Positions 25,831 to 42,955 of a stretch of 64,000 nucleotides of DNA are shown in pieces. Origin of the DNA: the human T2T-CHM13v2.0 reference genome, Homo sapiens; the NCBI RefSeq assembly GCF_009914755.1, contig NC_060935.1. One strand, 5' to 3'. Under the pieces are notes generated by a model that made no database searches, was not told the DNA's origin, and saw only the letters and a program-made list of their open reading frames with translations. Numbering within the stretch: position 1 is the first letter of the stretch; the number at the start of each line of letters is the position of its first letter. A program made the translations under genes and the position numbers.

Positions 25831-26224
25831 TGTCTGAGTTGTGACTGTCAATACTAATCCTACTACAGTAGGTACTAGGGGCAGAATGGTGGAGACAGCT
25901 CCAGTGTTATTCTTACCTGTGCCCCTTGAAGGTTCTATTTCCAAGTGTCTTCCTTCTGTGGACACTTAAATTTTTCCACATCATTGGTCTGGCTGTGTCT
26001 CTTCAGGCCCTCTTTCCTGGTTTCTACTTCTTACTGCCAACTCATCCATCTTTATTTGAATAGCTTAAAGGAAACTGAAATAAAAAGCAATGCTCCAAGC
26101 TTAACTTAATCATCTTTTAGGCTTACGTTGATTTCACTTTCTCTGTTCAATAAAAGTAGTATTACTATGTTACAGTCATCTTTATCTCTAGCCCTTCACT
26201 TTCTATATCCCATTATAACCAACT

Positions 26225-26455
26225 CAGTCATTCATTCAGCAACTATTTATTGAGCACTGACTATATATTAAATACCCCTTTAGGCTCTGAAGATGTTCAA
26301 TGAACAATACAGATAAAATCCCTGATCTCTTGTAGTTGATCTTCTTATAGGGGAAGGCAGACCATGATGAAAACAAATTATGTAATATGCCTGAAGCTAA
26401 TATCCACTGTGGAGAAAAATAAGCCTAAGGGAGGGATAAGAAATGGAAGGGACAG
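26225..26455 (-). mobile_element. L2 3' end
   Basis: tcattcattcagcaactatttattgagcac...atgaacaatacagataaaatccctgatctc. Confidence 0.7.
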
Positions 26456-26456
26456 G

Positions 26457-29180
26457 AGGTTACACCTCAAGGAACTAGAGAAACAAGAACAAACCACACC
26501 CAAATCCAGCAGATGAAAAGAAATAACAAAGATTAAAGCAGAACTAAATGAAATTGAAACAACAACAACAAAAAAATACAAAACATAAATGAAACAAAAA
26601 GCTGGTTCTTTGGAAAGATAAACAAAATTGATAGACCGTTAGTGACATTACCAAGAGATGAAGAGAGAAGGTCCAAATAAGCTGAATTGGAAACAAAATG
26701 GGAGGCATTACAACCGATACCACAGAAATACAAAAGATCATTCAAGGCTACTATGATCACCTTTACATGCACAAGTCTAGAGGAGATGGATAAGTTCTTG
26801 AAAATATACAACTCTCACAGATTAAATGAGAAAGAAATAGAAACTCTGACCAGAGCAGTAACAAGTAGTGAGATTGAAACAGTAATAAAAAAATTTCCAA
26901 CAAAAAAAAAGTCCAGGACCAGATGGATTCACAGCTGAATTCCGTCAGGCATTCAAAGAAAAATTGGGACCAATCTTACTAAACTATTCCAAAAGATAAA
27001 GAGGGAGTCTTCTCTAAATCATTCTTTGAAGCCAGTATCACAGTAATACCAAAACCAGGAAAGGATATGACAATAAAAGTAAACTACTGACCAATATTCC
27101 TGATGAACATAGATGTAAAAATCCTCAACAAAATACTAGCTAACCAAATCCAATGGCATATTAAAAAGACTACATACCATGATCAAGTGGGTTTAATACC
27201 AAGGATGCAGGGATGATTTAACATATTAAAGTCAATAAATGTGATACATCACATAAACAGAAACAAAAATCATATAATCTCAATAGATGCAGAAAACAAA
27301 AATTATATGATCATCTCAATAGATGCAGAAAAAGCATTTGACAAAAATCTAGCATCCTTTATTATTAAAACTCTCAGCAAAATCGATATAGAAGGCACAT
27401 AACTTAAGGTAATAAGAATCATCTATGAGAAACCCACAGTCAACATTACACTGAAGTGGGAAAAGTTGAAAGCATTCCCCCTGAGAACTGGAAGAAGACA
27501 AGGATGCCCACTTTAGCCACTTCTATTCAACATAGTACTGGAAGTCCTGGAAAGAGCAATCAAACAAGAGAAAGAAATAAAGGACAATAAATTGGTAAAG
27601 AAGAAGTCAAACCGTTGCTGTTCACCAATGATATAATTGTATATCTAGAAAACCCTAAGACTCATCTGAAAAATTCCTAGATCTAATAATGAATTCAGTG
27701 AAGTTTCAGGATACAAAATCAATGTACACAAATTAGTAGCACTGCTATACACCAACAATGACCAAGCTGAGAATCAAATCAAGAACTTAACCCCTTCTAC
27801 AACAGCTGCAAAAAAAAAAAAAAAAGAATATACCTAACCAAGGAGTACAAAACACTGCTGAAAGAAATCACAGATGACACAAACAAATGGAAACACATCC
27901 CGTGCTCATGAATGGGTAGAATCAATATTGTGAAAATGATCATACTGCCAAAAGCAATCCATAAATTCAATGCAATTCCCATCAAAATACCACCATCATT
28001 CTTCACAAAATTAGAAAACACAATCCTAAAATTCATATGGAACCAAAAAAGAGCCCACACAGCCAAAGCAAGACTAAGCAAAAAGAGCAAATCTGGAGGC
28101 ATCACATTATCTGATTTCATACTACAAGGCTATAGTTATCATAACAGCATGGTATTGGTATAAAAATAGGCACATAGACCAATGCAGCAGAATGGAAAAC
28201 CCAGAAATAAAGCCAAATATTTACAGCCAACTGATCTTCAACAAAACGGACACAAACATACAGTGGGGGAAGGACACCTTGTTCAACAAATGGTGCTAGA
28301 ATAATTGGCAAGCCAGATGTAGAAGAATGAAGCTGGATCCTTATCTCATCTTATACAAAAATCAACTCAAGACAGATCAAAAGCTTAAATCTAAGACATG
28401 AAACAATAAACATTCTGGAAGATAACAGAAAAAACCCTTCTAGACATTGGTTTAGGCAAAGGGTTCATGACCAAGAATCCAAAAGCAAATGCGACACACA
28501 GATACATAGATAGGACCTAATTAAACTAAAAAGCTTTTGCACAGAAAAAGAAATAATCAGCAGAGTAAACAGACAACCCACAGAGTGGGAGAAAATATTT
28601 GCAAATTCTACATCTGACAAAGGACTAATATCCAGAATCTACAAGGAACTCAGATCAATCAGCAAAAAAAAAAAAAACAAAAAAAACAAAAAACAAAAAA
28701 AAAAAACCCACAATCCCATCAAAAAGTGGGCAAAGAACTGAACAGACAATTCTCAAAAGAAAATATACAAATGGCCAACAAACATAAAACAATGCTCAAT
28801 ATCACTAATTATCAAGGAAATTCAAATCAAAATCATAGTGAGATACCAACTTACTCCTGCAAGAATGGCCATAATTTAAACATCAAAAAATAACTGATGT
28901 TGGCATGGATGTGGTGAAAAGGAACATTTTTACACTACTGGTGGGAATGTAAACCAGTAGAATCACTATGGAAAATAGTATGGAGATTCCTTACAGAACT
29001 AAAAGTAGAACTACAATTTGATCCAGCAATCCCACTACTGGGTATCTACCCAGAGGAAAAGAAGTCATTGTATGAAAAAGACACTTGCACACACATGTTT
29101 ATATCAGCACAATTCACAATTGAAAAAATATGGAACCGGTCTAGATGCCCATCAACTAACCAGTGAATAAAAACCATTAT

Positions 29181-29220
<40 letters not shown>

Positions 29221-29580
29221 CATGAAATACAACTCAGCCTTAAAAAGGAATGAAATAATGGCATTTGCAGCAACCTGGGTGGAGTTGGAGACCATTATTC
29301 TAGGTGAAGTAACTCAGGAATGGAAATCCAAACATTGTATGTTCTCATTTGTAAGTGGGAGCTAAGCTGTGGGGATGCGAAGGCATAAGAATGATATAAT
29401 GGACTTTGGAGACTTAGGGGGAAGGGATGGGAGATGGGTGAGGGTTAAAAGACTACACATTGAGTACAGTGTACACTGCTTGGTTGATGGGTACAACCAA
29501 ATCACAGATTTCAACACTAAAGAACTTTTCCATGCAACCACTCACCTTTTTTCTCCAAACTATTGAAATTTAAAAAATAT
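26457..29580 (+). mobile_element. L1PB, 5'-truncated (~3.1 kb), decayed ORF2
   Basis: ORF2 remnants ([26 protein letters not shown], 27912-28163); RT FADD motif decayed to FTND at 27621; L1PB 3' UTR aggcataagaatgatataatggactttggagac. Confidence 0.93.
29182..29220. repeat. (CA)~16+ microsatellite inside L1PB
   Basis: Read directly. Confidence 0.95.
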
Positions 29581-29618
29581 ATATATAAAAAACACCAAAA
29601 ACAAAAAACTAACATTGA

Positions 29619-29930
29619 GGCTGGGTGTGGTTGCTCAGGCTTGTAATCCCAGAATTTGGGGAGGTCAAATTGGGAGGATTGCTTGAGGCCAGAAGTTCGA
29701 GACCAGCCTGGGTAATGTACGGAGACCCCATCTCTACAAAAAATACACAAAATTAGCTGGGTGTGGTGGTGTGTGTTTGTAGTCCCAGCTACTCAGGAGG
29801 CAGAGGTGAGAGGTTTGTTTGAGCCTAGGAGTTCAAGGTTACAGTGAGCTAAGATCATACCACTGCAATCCAGCCTGGGTGACAGAGCAAGACCTTGACT
29901 CAAAAAATGAAAAACAAAAACAAAAAACCC
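29619..29930 (+). mobile_element. AluJ
   Basis: AluJ diagnostics (ggattgcttgaggccag; gagcctaggagttcaaggttacagtgagc); TSD ctaacattga at 29609-29618 and 29940-29949. Confidence 0.9.
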
Positions 29931-30274
29931 TACAAAATCCTAACATTGATCCAGGAAGGAAAAAACAAAAATTTTCAATTTAGATATATTAGGTAAGGTC
30001 AATTTGAATCCATTTGGTTTCAAATTTTGATTGTATTATTTATAAGCTGTGTATCATAGGATAATTTTCTCATCTGAAAAATGAGGGTAAAAAATATGTG
30101 CATATAAAATAGTGTATATATACCTAAATTATATATAAGTTGTATGTGTATATATATTATAGAGTTATTAATTACAACAAAACACTTATAACAGTATGTG
30201 GCACATACTAAGCACTTGATGATGATCATGACACATGGTTGGAAGACAGGAAGATTCTTCCTTATCAAATATAA

Positions 30275-30572
<298 letters not shown>

Positions 30573-33500
30573 TGAAAGTGATCTGTATAAATATATTATT
30601 AAGGTCTGACCCCTTTTTAGGGGGCTAAAAAAATCAGCAAGGGAAGGGTTACCTTTTTTGGGCAAAAGATTCAGTAAGGGAAGTGCTACCAATTCAGCAA
30701 GGAAAGGGCTATTTTGAAGGTCACTGTTTCAGCTCAAAGCCTACCTATTAGGTCTAGGGCTTGGGGCTGGGGTCATGGTGAGGAATTACCATGGGCTTGC
30801 TGCTCTTTGCTTAATTGTGCCTCTAGGGTTGTCAGCTTTTTGTCATTTGGTGATTTTATGACTCCTAAGAAGCGAAAGAAAGGAAAGGAGGGATAGAATT
30901 AGGGCAGGTGAGATACAGAGCTGGTCTAAAAAACACAGAAGTGAGAGTTTTATCTGAGATTTCACTGAAGCATGAACTAAGGTAAGATAGAAAATGAGTT
31001 TAGTAATATTCATGAAATATTTATGTGGTACTGAGCCTTGCCAGCCCCCATGTTGAGCTGTAGTTACAGAGACTAATATAATGACATTCTTGTTTTCAAG
31101 AAACTCATAATCCCATAGTAAAGATAAGCACATAAACAAATAATTATAATTTGGAGGGCTGGGACTGAGCTATGGGCATGTGCACTTTGGACAAAGAACA
31201 AGGCTTGGTGTGTTCAGCTTCATTATGGTGTCAATCGAAGGTCATCAAAAGCTCTTAGCTGGAACTCTCAGGCACCATTTTCACTAATGGTTTTAGTTTT
31301 GGGGGAAAGAAACTCAAGTCAGAAATTTAAATAGTAAAATGTACTTGATACTTTTAGGCTTTTCAGAGTTGATGCCTCAAGAAACTTCTGGATTTACAAT
31401 CTAGGTTTGAGCAAGCTTGAATCTGTGTATTTGGAAAATGGGACAAGAGCCAAGCCAGCTTCTGTCATACAAAAGGATCAGCCTCTTAGAACTGTGATTC
31501 TAAGAGTGTAAATCACTTTGCTATCCTACATAAGTATACTAACTTCGTAGACAAAGCAACAAGTTCTCAGTAAAACAAAGAGGCAACTCAGACACCCAGT
31601 TTGGCTTTGAGAATTGTATTCAGAAAGTCAGTAATTTATTTCATAAACATTTATTAAATTTTTCCTATGGTCCAGGCACAGGGTTAGATGGTGGGAACAG
31701 AATTCTTGTTGAGTTGTCTTGAGCTGTTTTATAGACAGTTGGGTTTTACTTTACTTACTTCATGCTTCAAGCAAATTAAGCTTTCTTTACTCCAGGTATT
31801 AAAGAAAAGGAGGCAACTAACTGTAAATGTCATAAAATCAGACAGTGGCACCAACTTCTTCCTGCCAAAACCAATACTCTTGGTGTCAAGGATGAAAATA
31901 TCATGACCTAGTTCTTTCCCTTGGCACACTGGGACTAGTGACAGAAATTGTCTTTTGGTTCCTATTTAGAATATGCTGCTCCTCTGGTGGAGTTAAATAT
32001 CAGGCATATGTACAAACTGGGAGCTAAATTTCCCTTACATAGCAACAAATCAACTTTTCCTATTAGGATTGCTGGCAACCCCACGTTTAGGATGAACAAT
32101 TAAGAGGGCATATACTCTTTTTAATTTAGAAGCTTGAACAAGTTGGCATTTTTTGCTGATGTTCTACTGGTTTAAATTTCTGTTTGGGGAAAGATTCATT
32201 ATACATAATCATTTCTTTCAAGAAAATGTGTGAATTTGAGATATGGTCAAAACTTAGTTACTCTCTAATTTGTGCCTATAATAGCCACAATCATGTCAAC
32301 TAAAGCCGTGATATTTTGAAAAACCTGTATTTTGACATGACCATTGTTCTAAGGACAGTTGTACTCCTACAAAGCTACTTTCATTGAATGCTATCCTTGG
32401 GCTAGCTTTACATTATGTTAAATTGTGTCACAACCACTGTGGTTTCAAGAATGAGGGCCTCTTTTTTGTGTATAAAAAATACCAGATTACTATAATTAGT
32501 GGCAAGAAGACAATATGAATATAATACCACTTTGAAATTAATGTTTTGTTTATTATGTGTATGTCAGGCATGTGTGTGAGATATTTAAGCAGGCTATGAC
32601 AATGGTTGGTGCACAGAATATGGATTATGCTGCCCCCTGCAATAATTCTGCAGCTCCTTGAAGTCCTTAGCCAGCAGGCTGGGAGCTGCAGCACCACTGC
32701 AAGACTGCTCCCCAGCTTTGTTTGACTCTCCTGTCTTTTTAGAGCTTTTTAGTAACCAACTGGACCCATAATGTGATAGTTACAGATTCTATGCCAAGAA
32801 AAGCATGCCTAGCCATTAGAGGAAATAAAAAATCCAATGAAGCAAGAAATGCAGCTTGACTGCTTTGGTACAAGCCAAAGCAATAACCATTTAATGTCCA
32901 GTAAATTTAATTGCGAAGATGACTTTTTTTTTTTCTAGTAGCAGTAAATGTGATGACACATTAGCTTGTGTTTTTGTGGCCAGCTGTGAAAAGCTATTTG
33001 TCGCCTGGCTGGCTGGGCTACCTGTTCTGTTTTGCTGTCTAAGGCACTGCTGACCAGTCCAGAAGTAAGCACACTCAATTGATCCCAGTGAAGTTCTAGC
33101 AGATCACCTTCTTTGTAATTGCCTTTTTAGGAAGAGGAGCACATAAAACTTATTTAAACTTTGGGTACTAAGGTTTCACTGATTTAGAAAATAATACCTG
33201 ACTTAATTTAGTTTTAAATAATATGAAGTCTTGACTATAAAGTTTATTTTCAGGCTGGGATGCGGGTGGCCTCAAAGTAGCTGAGTTGACTAGACATTAG
33301 TCTCTACCTTCATGTTTAAAATACCAGAGTAAGGATTTTGTTTTAGACAGCCTGGAGATACAGTTTTATCAAATCGTGGATCTTGTTCTGGATTATGTAT
33401 TCAGGGTAGCCATTCACTTCTCTTTTAGCTTGAAGGAGGTGCAGGGCTCTTTGCTGAGAGCTATGTTTAACTGGGGAAGGAGGCATGAGTACAGTAACTG

Positions 33501-34039
33501 TGGAGAGGTGTGGAGAGGGAGGGGAGGAGAAGACAAGGGAGCAGGGTTAACAAGGGGGTAGACTCAGCCAGTGACACCTGGGCATGTTACATTCCTATGG
33601 ATTCTGCTTTACCACTGCCAGGGTCACTTGGAGATATTTCTGGGCATAGTGAATCTTTCTTCCTTTTTAGAGGAAGCAACAGGGATAATTACACCTAATT
33701 TTGAATACTGCTCTCCTACTTGATACATGTGTGAGATTCCACATAGGTACAATGATGACAGTGCTATTTCATGAGGGTATGAGTGTACAAATGGCCATCA
33801 TTTTCTGAGTTCTGAGAACTGATTATATTTTAACATTTTCAAAATGTGGCAAGATAGAATTTTCTGTTGCTCTCATTCCCTTTTGTTCTTTCTCCTTCTT
33901 ATCCCAGGTAGAGAGAAGTCCTTTTAGCATAATAGCACAGGGAGATTATGTGATTAGAGTCATTCAGTATAAGCAGGATAAAGGTATCTTTGTTTTGTAG
34001 ATGCCCCATTATAAAGATGTTACAAGAGCTGAGCCTACC

Positions 34040-34200
34040 TGGGCAGGGAGTGTGGTAATTAAGGGATTGAATTTTTGTGTCAGGTTACCTGGGTTTGGGT
34101 CCTGGTTTTATCTCTTACTAGCAGAGTGACTTTGGGTCAGCTACTTACTCTCTCTAGATCTTAGCTTCCATAAAATGGAGATAACAATAGCATGCCTGTC
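34040..34200 (+). mobile_element. MIR fragment
   Basis: cctgggtttgggtcctgg...cttactagcagagtgactttgggtcagctactt...ccataaaatggagataacaatag. Confidence 0.65.
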
Positions 34201-34649
34201 TCCTTAAGTCAGGCCTATTTCCTTGATCAAGCCTGAAGCCATATGGAACTAGTCCTTGGAAAGAGAGAAGAGGGAGAAAGACCAAAGACAAAGGGACTCT
34301 GACTGGCCAGCTGTAGCTAATTTGATGGGAATAAAAAGACATGTATATACCATCTTCTAAAGTCCGTGTGGCCACAGTTGGACCTCTGTTTGGGGTGACT
34401 TGGGCAAATGTTGATGTTGCTGGTTGAGTGCTTGTGGAGTGAGAGGCTGTCCCATGTTACTCTCCCCTCACTCCAGCAATGTGTTCTTTCTGCTGTTTGA
34501 ATACAGCGTGACTCCCTCAGGTATCTGCATTGTCTGCTCTCTCTTCCAGGTATATTTTTCCATCAACTCTTTAAAATAACTCTTTTTTCTCTCATCACTC
34601 ACAACTTACCTTATGTTGGTCCCCCTCAGAAGACCTTCTCTGAATAACT

Positions 34650-34930
34650 GTTAGGGCAAAAACTAAGTTAGTTGATTTAACAATGGGATTTTGAAACACA
34701 ATGTCCCTTCATAAATAGCAGTCAAGGCCTGTGGAACATTTTGGCTCCCTAAGGTCATTTAGAGACCTGGCTTCCTCCATCTTGTGTCTCTGCCATTTCT
34801 TGGACATTGTCCTCATCCACAGTCAAAGCTAGACAAGCAACTGAAGGAGAAGTTGCACTCATCACTTTCATTCACACTCCTTGGCAAGAACTTAATCACA
34901 TTACCACACCCAGCTGCAGGGAGGCTCCAG
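34650..34930 (-). mobile_element. Old MaLR LTR (MLT1K/L-like)
   Basis: gacctggcttcctccatcttgtgtctctgccat; cttggcaagaacttaatcacattaccacacccagctgcagggaggct. Confidence 0.5.
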
Positions 34931-36606
34931 CTGGACAAGTGTACTTTCATTCAGATGTTTTCACATGAGCCTCAGATGGCCATACTCCATACCAAAGGAA
35001 ACTTCTGTATGTCAGAAGCATGAACTTTATCTGGTGTCTTATTTCCCCAGTTCCCCAGGAATTATGCCTTACTGGGCTTCTATATTATCTAGATTTATTT
35101 TCTAATTTTAATTAACACTCACAGGTTTCTGGCTTTGCCTTGCTGGAATACTCCTCGACACACTAGACTTCAAATTACCTTCATATTGTTAACCTGGAAA
35201 TCTGGTCAGGTCTTATAAAATCCAGAGGGCCACTCACTTGCCTTTGTCTTCCAGATTTTTGTCTCTTTAGTCATAGCTAAAACCAAGGTTGCAATTCTAC
35301 TGTCTGTGAGTTACTTTTCTGTGTTCCCTCCTATACACAAGCACAGAAAATGCCACACAGTCCTTCTTAATCTGCTGCTTCCAGCAGCCTTTACAGACTG
35401 ATCTGAGTTGGCCGTTTGCAACCTGGCTCTAACAACTTAAGGTTTTGGTGACATTTCACCAAGAATATGTCCATTTGGGTAGGAAGATGCCTTGTTCATT
35501 CAGAAGGATTTCAGTGTCTGGAATTATAAATGTCTCTTAGGTTTGCAGGGTTTGAGATCAGCTTCAGTTATTTTAGTTAACTCACATGCAATGCACACAC
35601 CACAAATAATTACATAAATACTGGCTCAGCACCTTCTATGTTGTCTGGAATACAATAGCTCTATAAATATTTGTTGAATGAATTAGTACATGAACAAGCT
35701 TCATAGACACATTCCTACCAACAATCTTTTTGACGAATGTTTATATTTTACAACTGCCTTGGTCACAATGATAGGAGAGCTCTATAGTAGTCACCTGTAT
35801 AGCAAACTGGCTTGGCAAAAAAATCACCAAGCAACATTCAGGGCTATTTGGAACCATTAAATAATAGCCCTGTCTTCTGAACAGCAGGGTAAATAGTTTT
35901 CCTCACAAGAGGAGTCTATAATTTCTCTTCTTTTCTGCTCCTCTCTTTCATTAAAATTAAAACCTGAATATCTCCCAGTGGCATCCTAATGGTTATTGAT
36001 ATTTTGTGTGATTTCTTTGTTCAGAATAGAGGTTATTTCATGCCATGACTGGTGTGAATCCTCTTTTAAATAAAGTAGCATTTGGTTTAGAGTAGCTTTT
36101 ACTATTTCATCTGTCTTTGGATGGGAACAATTGGCTCACTTGCCTCTAGTTTCAAAATAAAACCTGAACCAGTGTATGCGAAGACAGAGGCTATCTGAAT
36201 CTATGATTACAATTCAAGAAATAATTGCTGAGCACTTTTAAGGGGTCACACACGAGTTACATAGTACCAGAAACTTTCACATATGCTCTCTAGTTTATGT
36301 CACAGACAATCTCAATTTCTTTCCTCTTCTATAAATTATCTAACTTTTGTACAAAATTTGTAGTATTGACCTTTTATTTTGGTGTTGTATAAACCTGTTT
36401 AAGAATATACTTATAATTCCAGTAATTACTTGATTGCTTATTTTATAATTGATTGGTTACTTTCCATGAAGAACTTGTTGAAAACAGGATGGTCTTATTC
36501 ATATCATCTATTGCTTTAGGGCCTGACACAGGGCATAAACTCAAAATGTGTCTTTTGTTTCCTCTTTTTCTATTTTTTTTTCATTATATTGATGCAAAGA
36601 AGCTCT

Positions 36607-36828
<222 letters not shown>

Positions 36829-37044
36829 AAAAATGTGTCTCTCGAAAGAATGAATGAGTGAAAAATACAAGAAAACATCCTATACTTCATGGTTTCTCTT
36901 TATTCTACTAAATTTAAGGTGTACCATGTGTTCCATTATGATGCCCTCCATTAGGATTTTACTGTACTTAAATATGTTTGACAGTGGAGAAAAGATCTAG
37001 AAGCAGGGGAACTGCATAGTTTGCAAACTAGTCTCAAACAGTTG

Positions 37045-37820
<776 letters not shown>

Positions 37821-38219
37821 GGAGCTGGAAGAAACTTTTCATTGGCATAGTTACATTGTAGAGAAGATTGAGGTTCTGAGAGGTAAAATGACTTGTCTAA
37901 GTTTACACTGATGGCTTGCCAAGGACAGAAACCCATTTTTTACAGACTCCAGATCTAACATTCTTTCCACAGTACCACACTTGCCTCTTTATATTACTTT
38001 TGTTAGCTATTTACTTACAGCTGTACCTCAATTTTCAACTGCTAAACAAGATTTCTTCAGTGGTTTCCTTACTTCGTACCTTAAAACATTAGTGTTATGA
38101 TCCTGTGGTATACCACCTCAAAAAGCATTTGTTGAACACATGCAGCAAAAAGGCTCTATGGAAAAGTGTTTAATCCTTAGATATGTCTAGGAAATTAGTG
38201 CATACTCCACTGAAGATTC

Positions 38220-38460
38220 ACAGTATAGGAGTTTAAGAACACAGGCTCTGGAGTCAGAAGTTTGGGTTGCAGATCTGCTTGTTGGATTTATGATCCTGGG
38301 TAAGCTATTTAAATTTTATGAGCCTCAGTTTGCTCAGAAATGTAGCTGATAATAATATCTAGTTTCAAATTAGATGAAAAAATTAAGTGAATCAACATAT
38401 TTAAAGTGTTAGAAACATTGTGTGACATGTAAGCTTAATATGGTCCAATAATGTAGCCAT
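38220..38460 (+). mobile_element. MIR
   Basis: tttaagaacacaggctctggagtcagaagtttgggtt...gagcctcagtttgctc. Confidence 0.7.
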
Positions 38461-39214
38461 AATTAATGCAGAGTAAAGGCTCTGATAAATCTAACATGAA
38501 GAAACTCACCTAACATTAAATCAGAAGGTTGTGACTATGGAACAGTAAATTAATTTTTTGCATTACTCATCTAACATTTCCTGCATCTATTACTCTGAAA
38601 GACATGCTTAAGAAAATTTACTAGAGAAACCAAAGGGCTCCGCATCACTTAGAGATTGTTAGCCCAAGGAATTGTATACACAGAGGAGCTAAATTTCATA
38701 AATAACTTCCCTAATATTCTTGAATTGTCATATTAAACACAAAGAAGAGTTTTGCTTTTGTGATGTCCTTAAACTTGGATCAGCTGTCTTCGCAGTTTCT
38801 GAGATGTGTTAAAACATCACCACTTATTGATTTAACTGTATTCCACCAAAGAGGTTGATTTCATTCTGCCACTGCAGGGGAAATTCTTCTGACAGCAGGT
38901 TCACTGACTCTTTATTAAAAGAGTGTGCAGCTGCTAATCTGAGCAAATATACCACTCCAGAATGCTAAATACTCTTCCCAAACACAGGTAAACATAGGTG
39001 GAGTCAACAGTCAGGCATGTCTGCCCTCAATGACAAAACAGCACTCTGAGCTTTGGTTGGTACAGATTCCCTGCCTGGAATTTAATAAATATTGTGGGCT
39101 CTGTATACCCCAACATTTTAGGAAAATCTTTTTGTTTAGAAAACTGTTAGTTGAAGGTCAAACACACAAGAAAGCCTTTGTTGGTGCTTCAGAGCTGTCC
39201 TTTACTAAGTCTAA

Positions 39215-39400
39215 TTGCTTTCAGTATTGGCTTACAAGAGCTAATTATGCATACCTCTTCCCAAGACTGTGTTCAATGATGCCTTGTTGGTAGCTTGAAA
39301 TCAGCCTTGATGGAAGTTGATATACCACAGAAATCAGCAAATGTGACAAATCATTTTGTTTCTCCCACCCTCATAGCTGGTTTATCAGCCCACCACGGCC
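39215..39400. mobile_element. hAT-Blackjack MITE, MER63A-like
   Basis: ctcttcccaagactgtgttcaatgatgccttgttggtagcttgaaatcagcc...accacagaaatcagcaaatg...ttatcagcccaccac. Confidence 0.75.
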
Positions 39401-40359
39401 TCATACCCTCAAATATGTTTGGGTGTTTTCATAGTACTTCTTATCACCGGATCACACTGGCATTATATCAATTGTTTGCCTTGCCCAATAGACTTGAGAG
39501 CAAAAACTTTATTTTCATTTCTGGCATATATTTTGCATCTAGCACATTAATTAAGTATTCAGAAAAGGTGCCTACATCCATAAATTAATTAATGATACTG
39601 TCAATCAGTCACTTGTATGGGTTGATTTTTCTGCGAGAAATGGAAAAAATCATGTAGGTATATGTGCTGTGTTATTAAACAATGTGGTCAGCTCAGTTAA
39701 TGTACTTATTCTTGAATTGCTTTAGAGTGTCTGGAATAACTCCAAGGATAATTAGTATGCATCTTTATCCCCAGAGTAGAATTCACCTGATTGCTAAGGC
39801 ATCACCCTGTGTGGCCATTTGGTGGGAGGAAATCAGAGCTAAGCCTAATTGCTTTCCCAGGTTACTAACCCCTCTTCTTCTCTCCAGGATCTGGATGGAA
39901 ATGCTTCCTCCTTAGAAAGAAATTGAGGTTACAGCTTTTGGTAGAATCACAGATTGTTCATTTGGGCAGAATATCCCGTGTCAGTACAATCTAAACTAGG
40001 ATCACCTATTGAAGACTTTGTGATCAATAATTACTATTTTTAAGGTTTAAAGAGGCTGCTGTTGACATTAACTATAATTAGGAATTGGCATTTTAAACTC
40101 AAATCTGAACATAAAACCCACTGTTTGCTCTATAAATACATTACATTTGTAGATTAAAAAACAAAGGTCCAAAGAAGGAAATGACTTATCCAATTATACC
40201 ATTAGGATGGATGGATGACCTTATAACTGTAGGTTTATGGTCCTTTACATGCTGCATGCCAATAATTGCAGCCATTACTCTTTATGATAGTACCCTTGAA
40301 AGAAGCTTAAACAATTCTGATGACAACAGAAGAATTTCTGATAATTTACAAGTAATAAA

Positions 40360-40580
40360 AGCAACCTTTTATTCTGTGCTCACTGTGGTCCCAGGCCTAT
40401 GCTAAGTGGTTTACATCAGCACAACAACCCTATAAGGAATAATTGCCCTTTTTTAACATGAGAAAATTGAATCCCAGATAGTTTGAATTAGATGTCCATA
40501 ACTGCGTAGTTACTGAGAGGCAGATTGGTGTTTGCACCCAAGTGTATTTCCCTTCAAAGTTAAAGCTTTTAACCAATGTA
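40360..40580 (-). mobile_element. MIR
   Basis: gtgctcactgtggtcccaggcctatgctaagtggtttaca...acaacaaccctataagg. Confidence 0.65.
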
Positions 40581-40989
40581 GTATATGATTTTCTTTTTCA
40601 CAAGATCTATGAATGACAGGTTACATATGCATATATGTGCATGTTATGTTTTTATATTATTTTATATATATGCATGATATTAGATATATATTTTATTTTT
40701 AAAAAAGATGAGGTTTAAGTTAAATAATACTAACATTATAGAGAAGTTCTTTTAGAAATTACCATTTTCTTCCAGTTTACAATTTTCCTTCTTTCTATTC
40801 TTTTTGTCAAATATCCTGAAAGTGTACATAGGTTACATAGTATACATTTTGGAGGTAATGTAGGCAATAAAGGGAGCCATAAGATCACTAAAATAAAAGT
40901 TGAGAGGTTGATGATCTTTCTTATCTCTGTGTGACTTTGGTCTTATTACAGGAAGTATAGGCCAATTTGTATGGATTTAACATGCATAG

Positions 40990-41215
40990 TGAGAGCAGAG
41001 CTTTTTGGACTCAGACCTAAATTCAAATCCTAGGTCTTGTATTTACTTGCTCTGTGACTTAATGCAAATTATTTAACTTCTCTGATCTATAGTTTCCTCA
41101 TCTATAATAAGGAAACAATGTTATTTATCTCATAGTTCATTGTACAGATTAAATGGGATAATGTACATGAATGCCAAAAGTAACAGATTAGTGTCAGTTC
41201 AAATGAACTATTTTT
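40990..41215 (+). mobile_element. MIR
   Basis: ggactcagacctaaattcaaatcctagg...agtttcctcatctataataagg. Confidence 0.7.
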
Positions 41216-41234
41216 CCTATAAAAAATACTTCAA

Positions 41235-42955
<1,721 letters not shown>

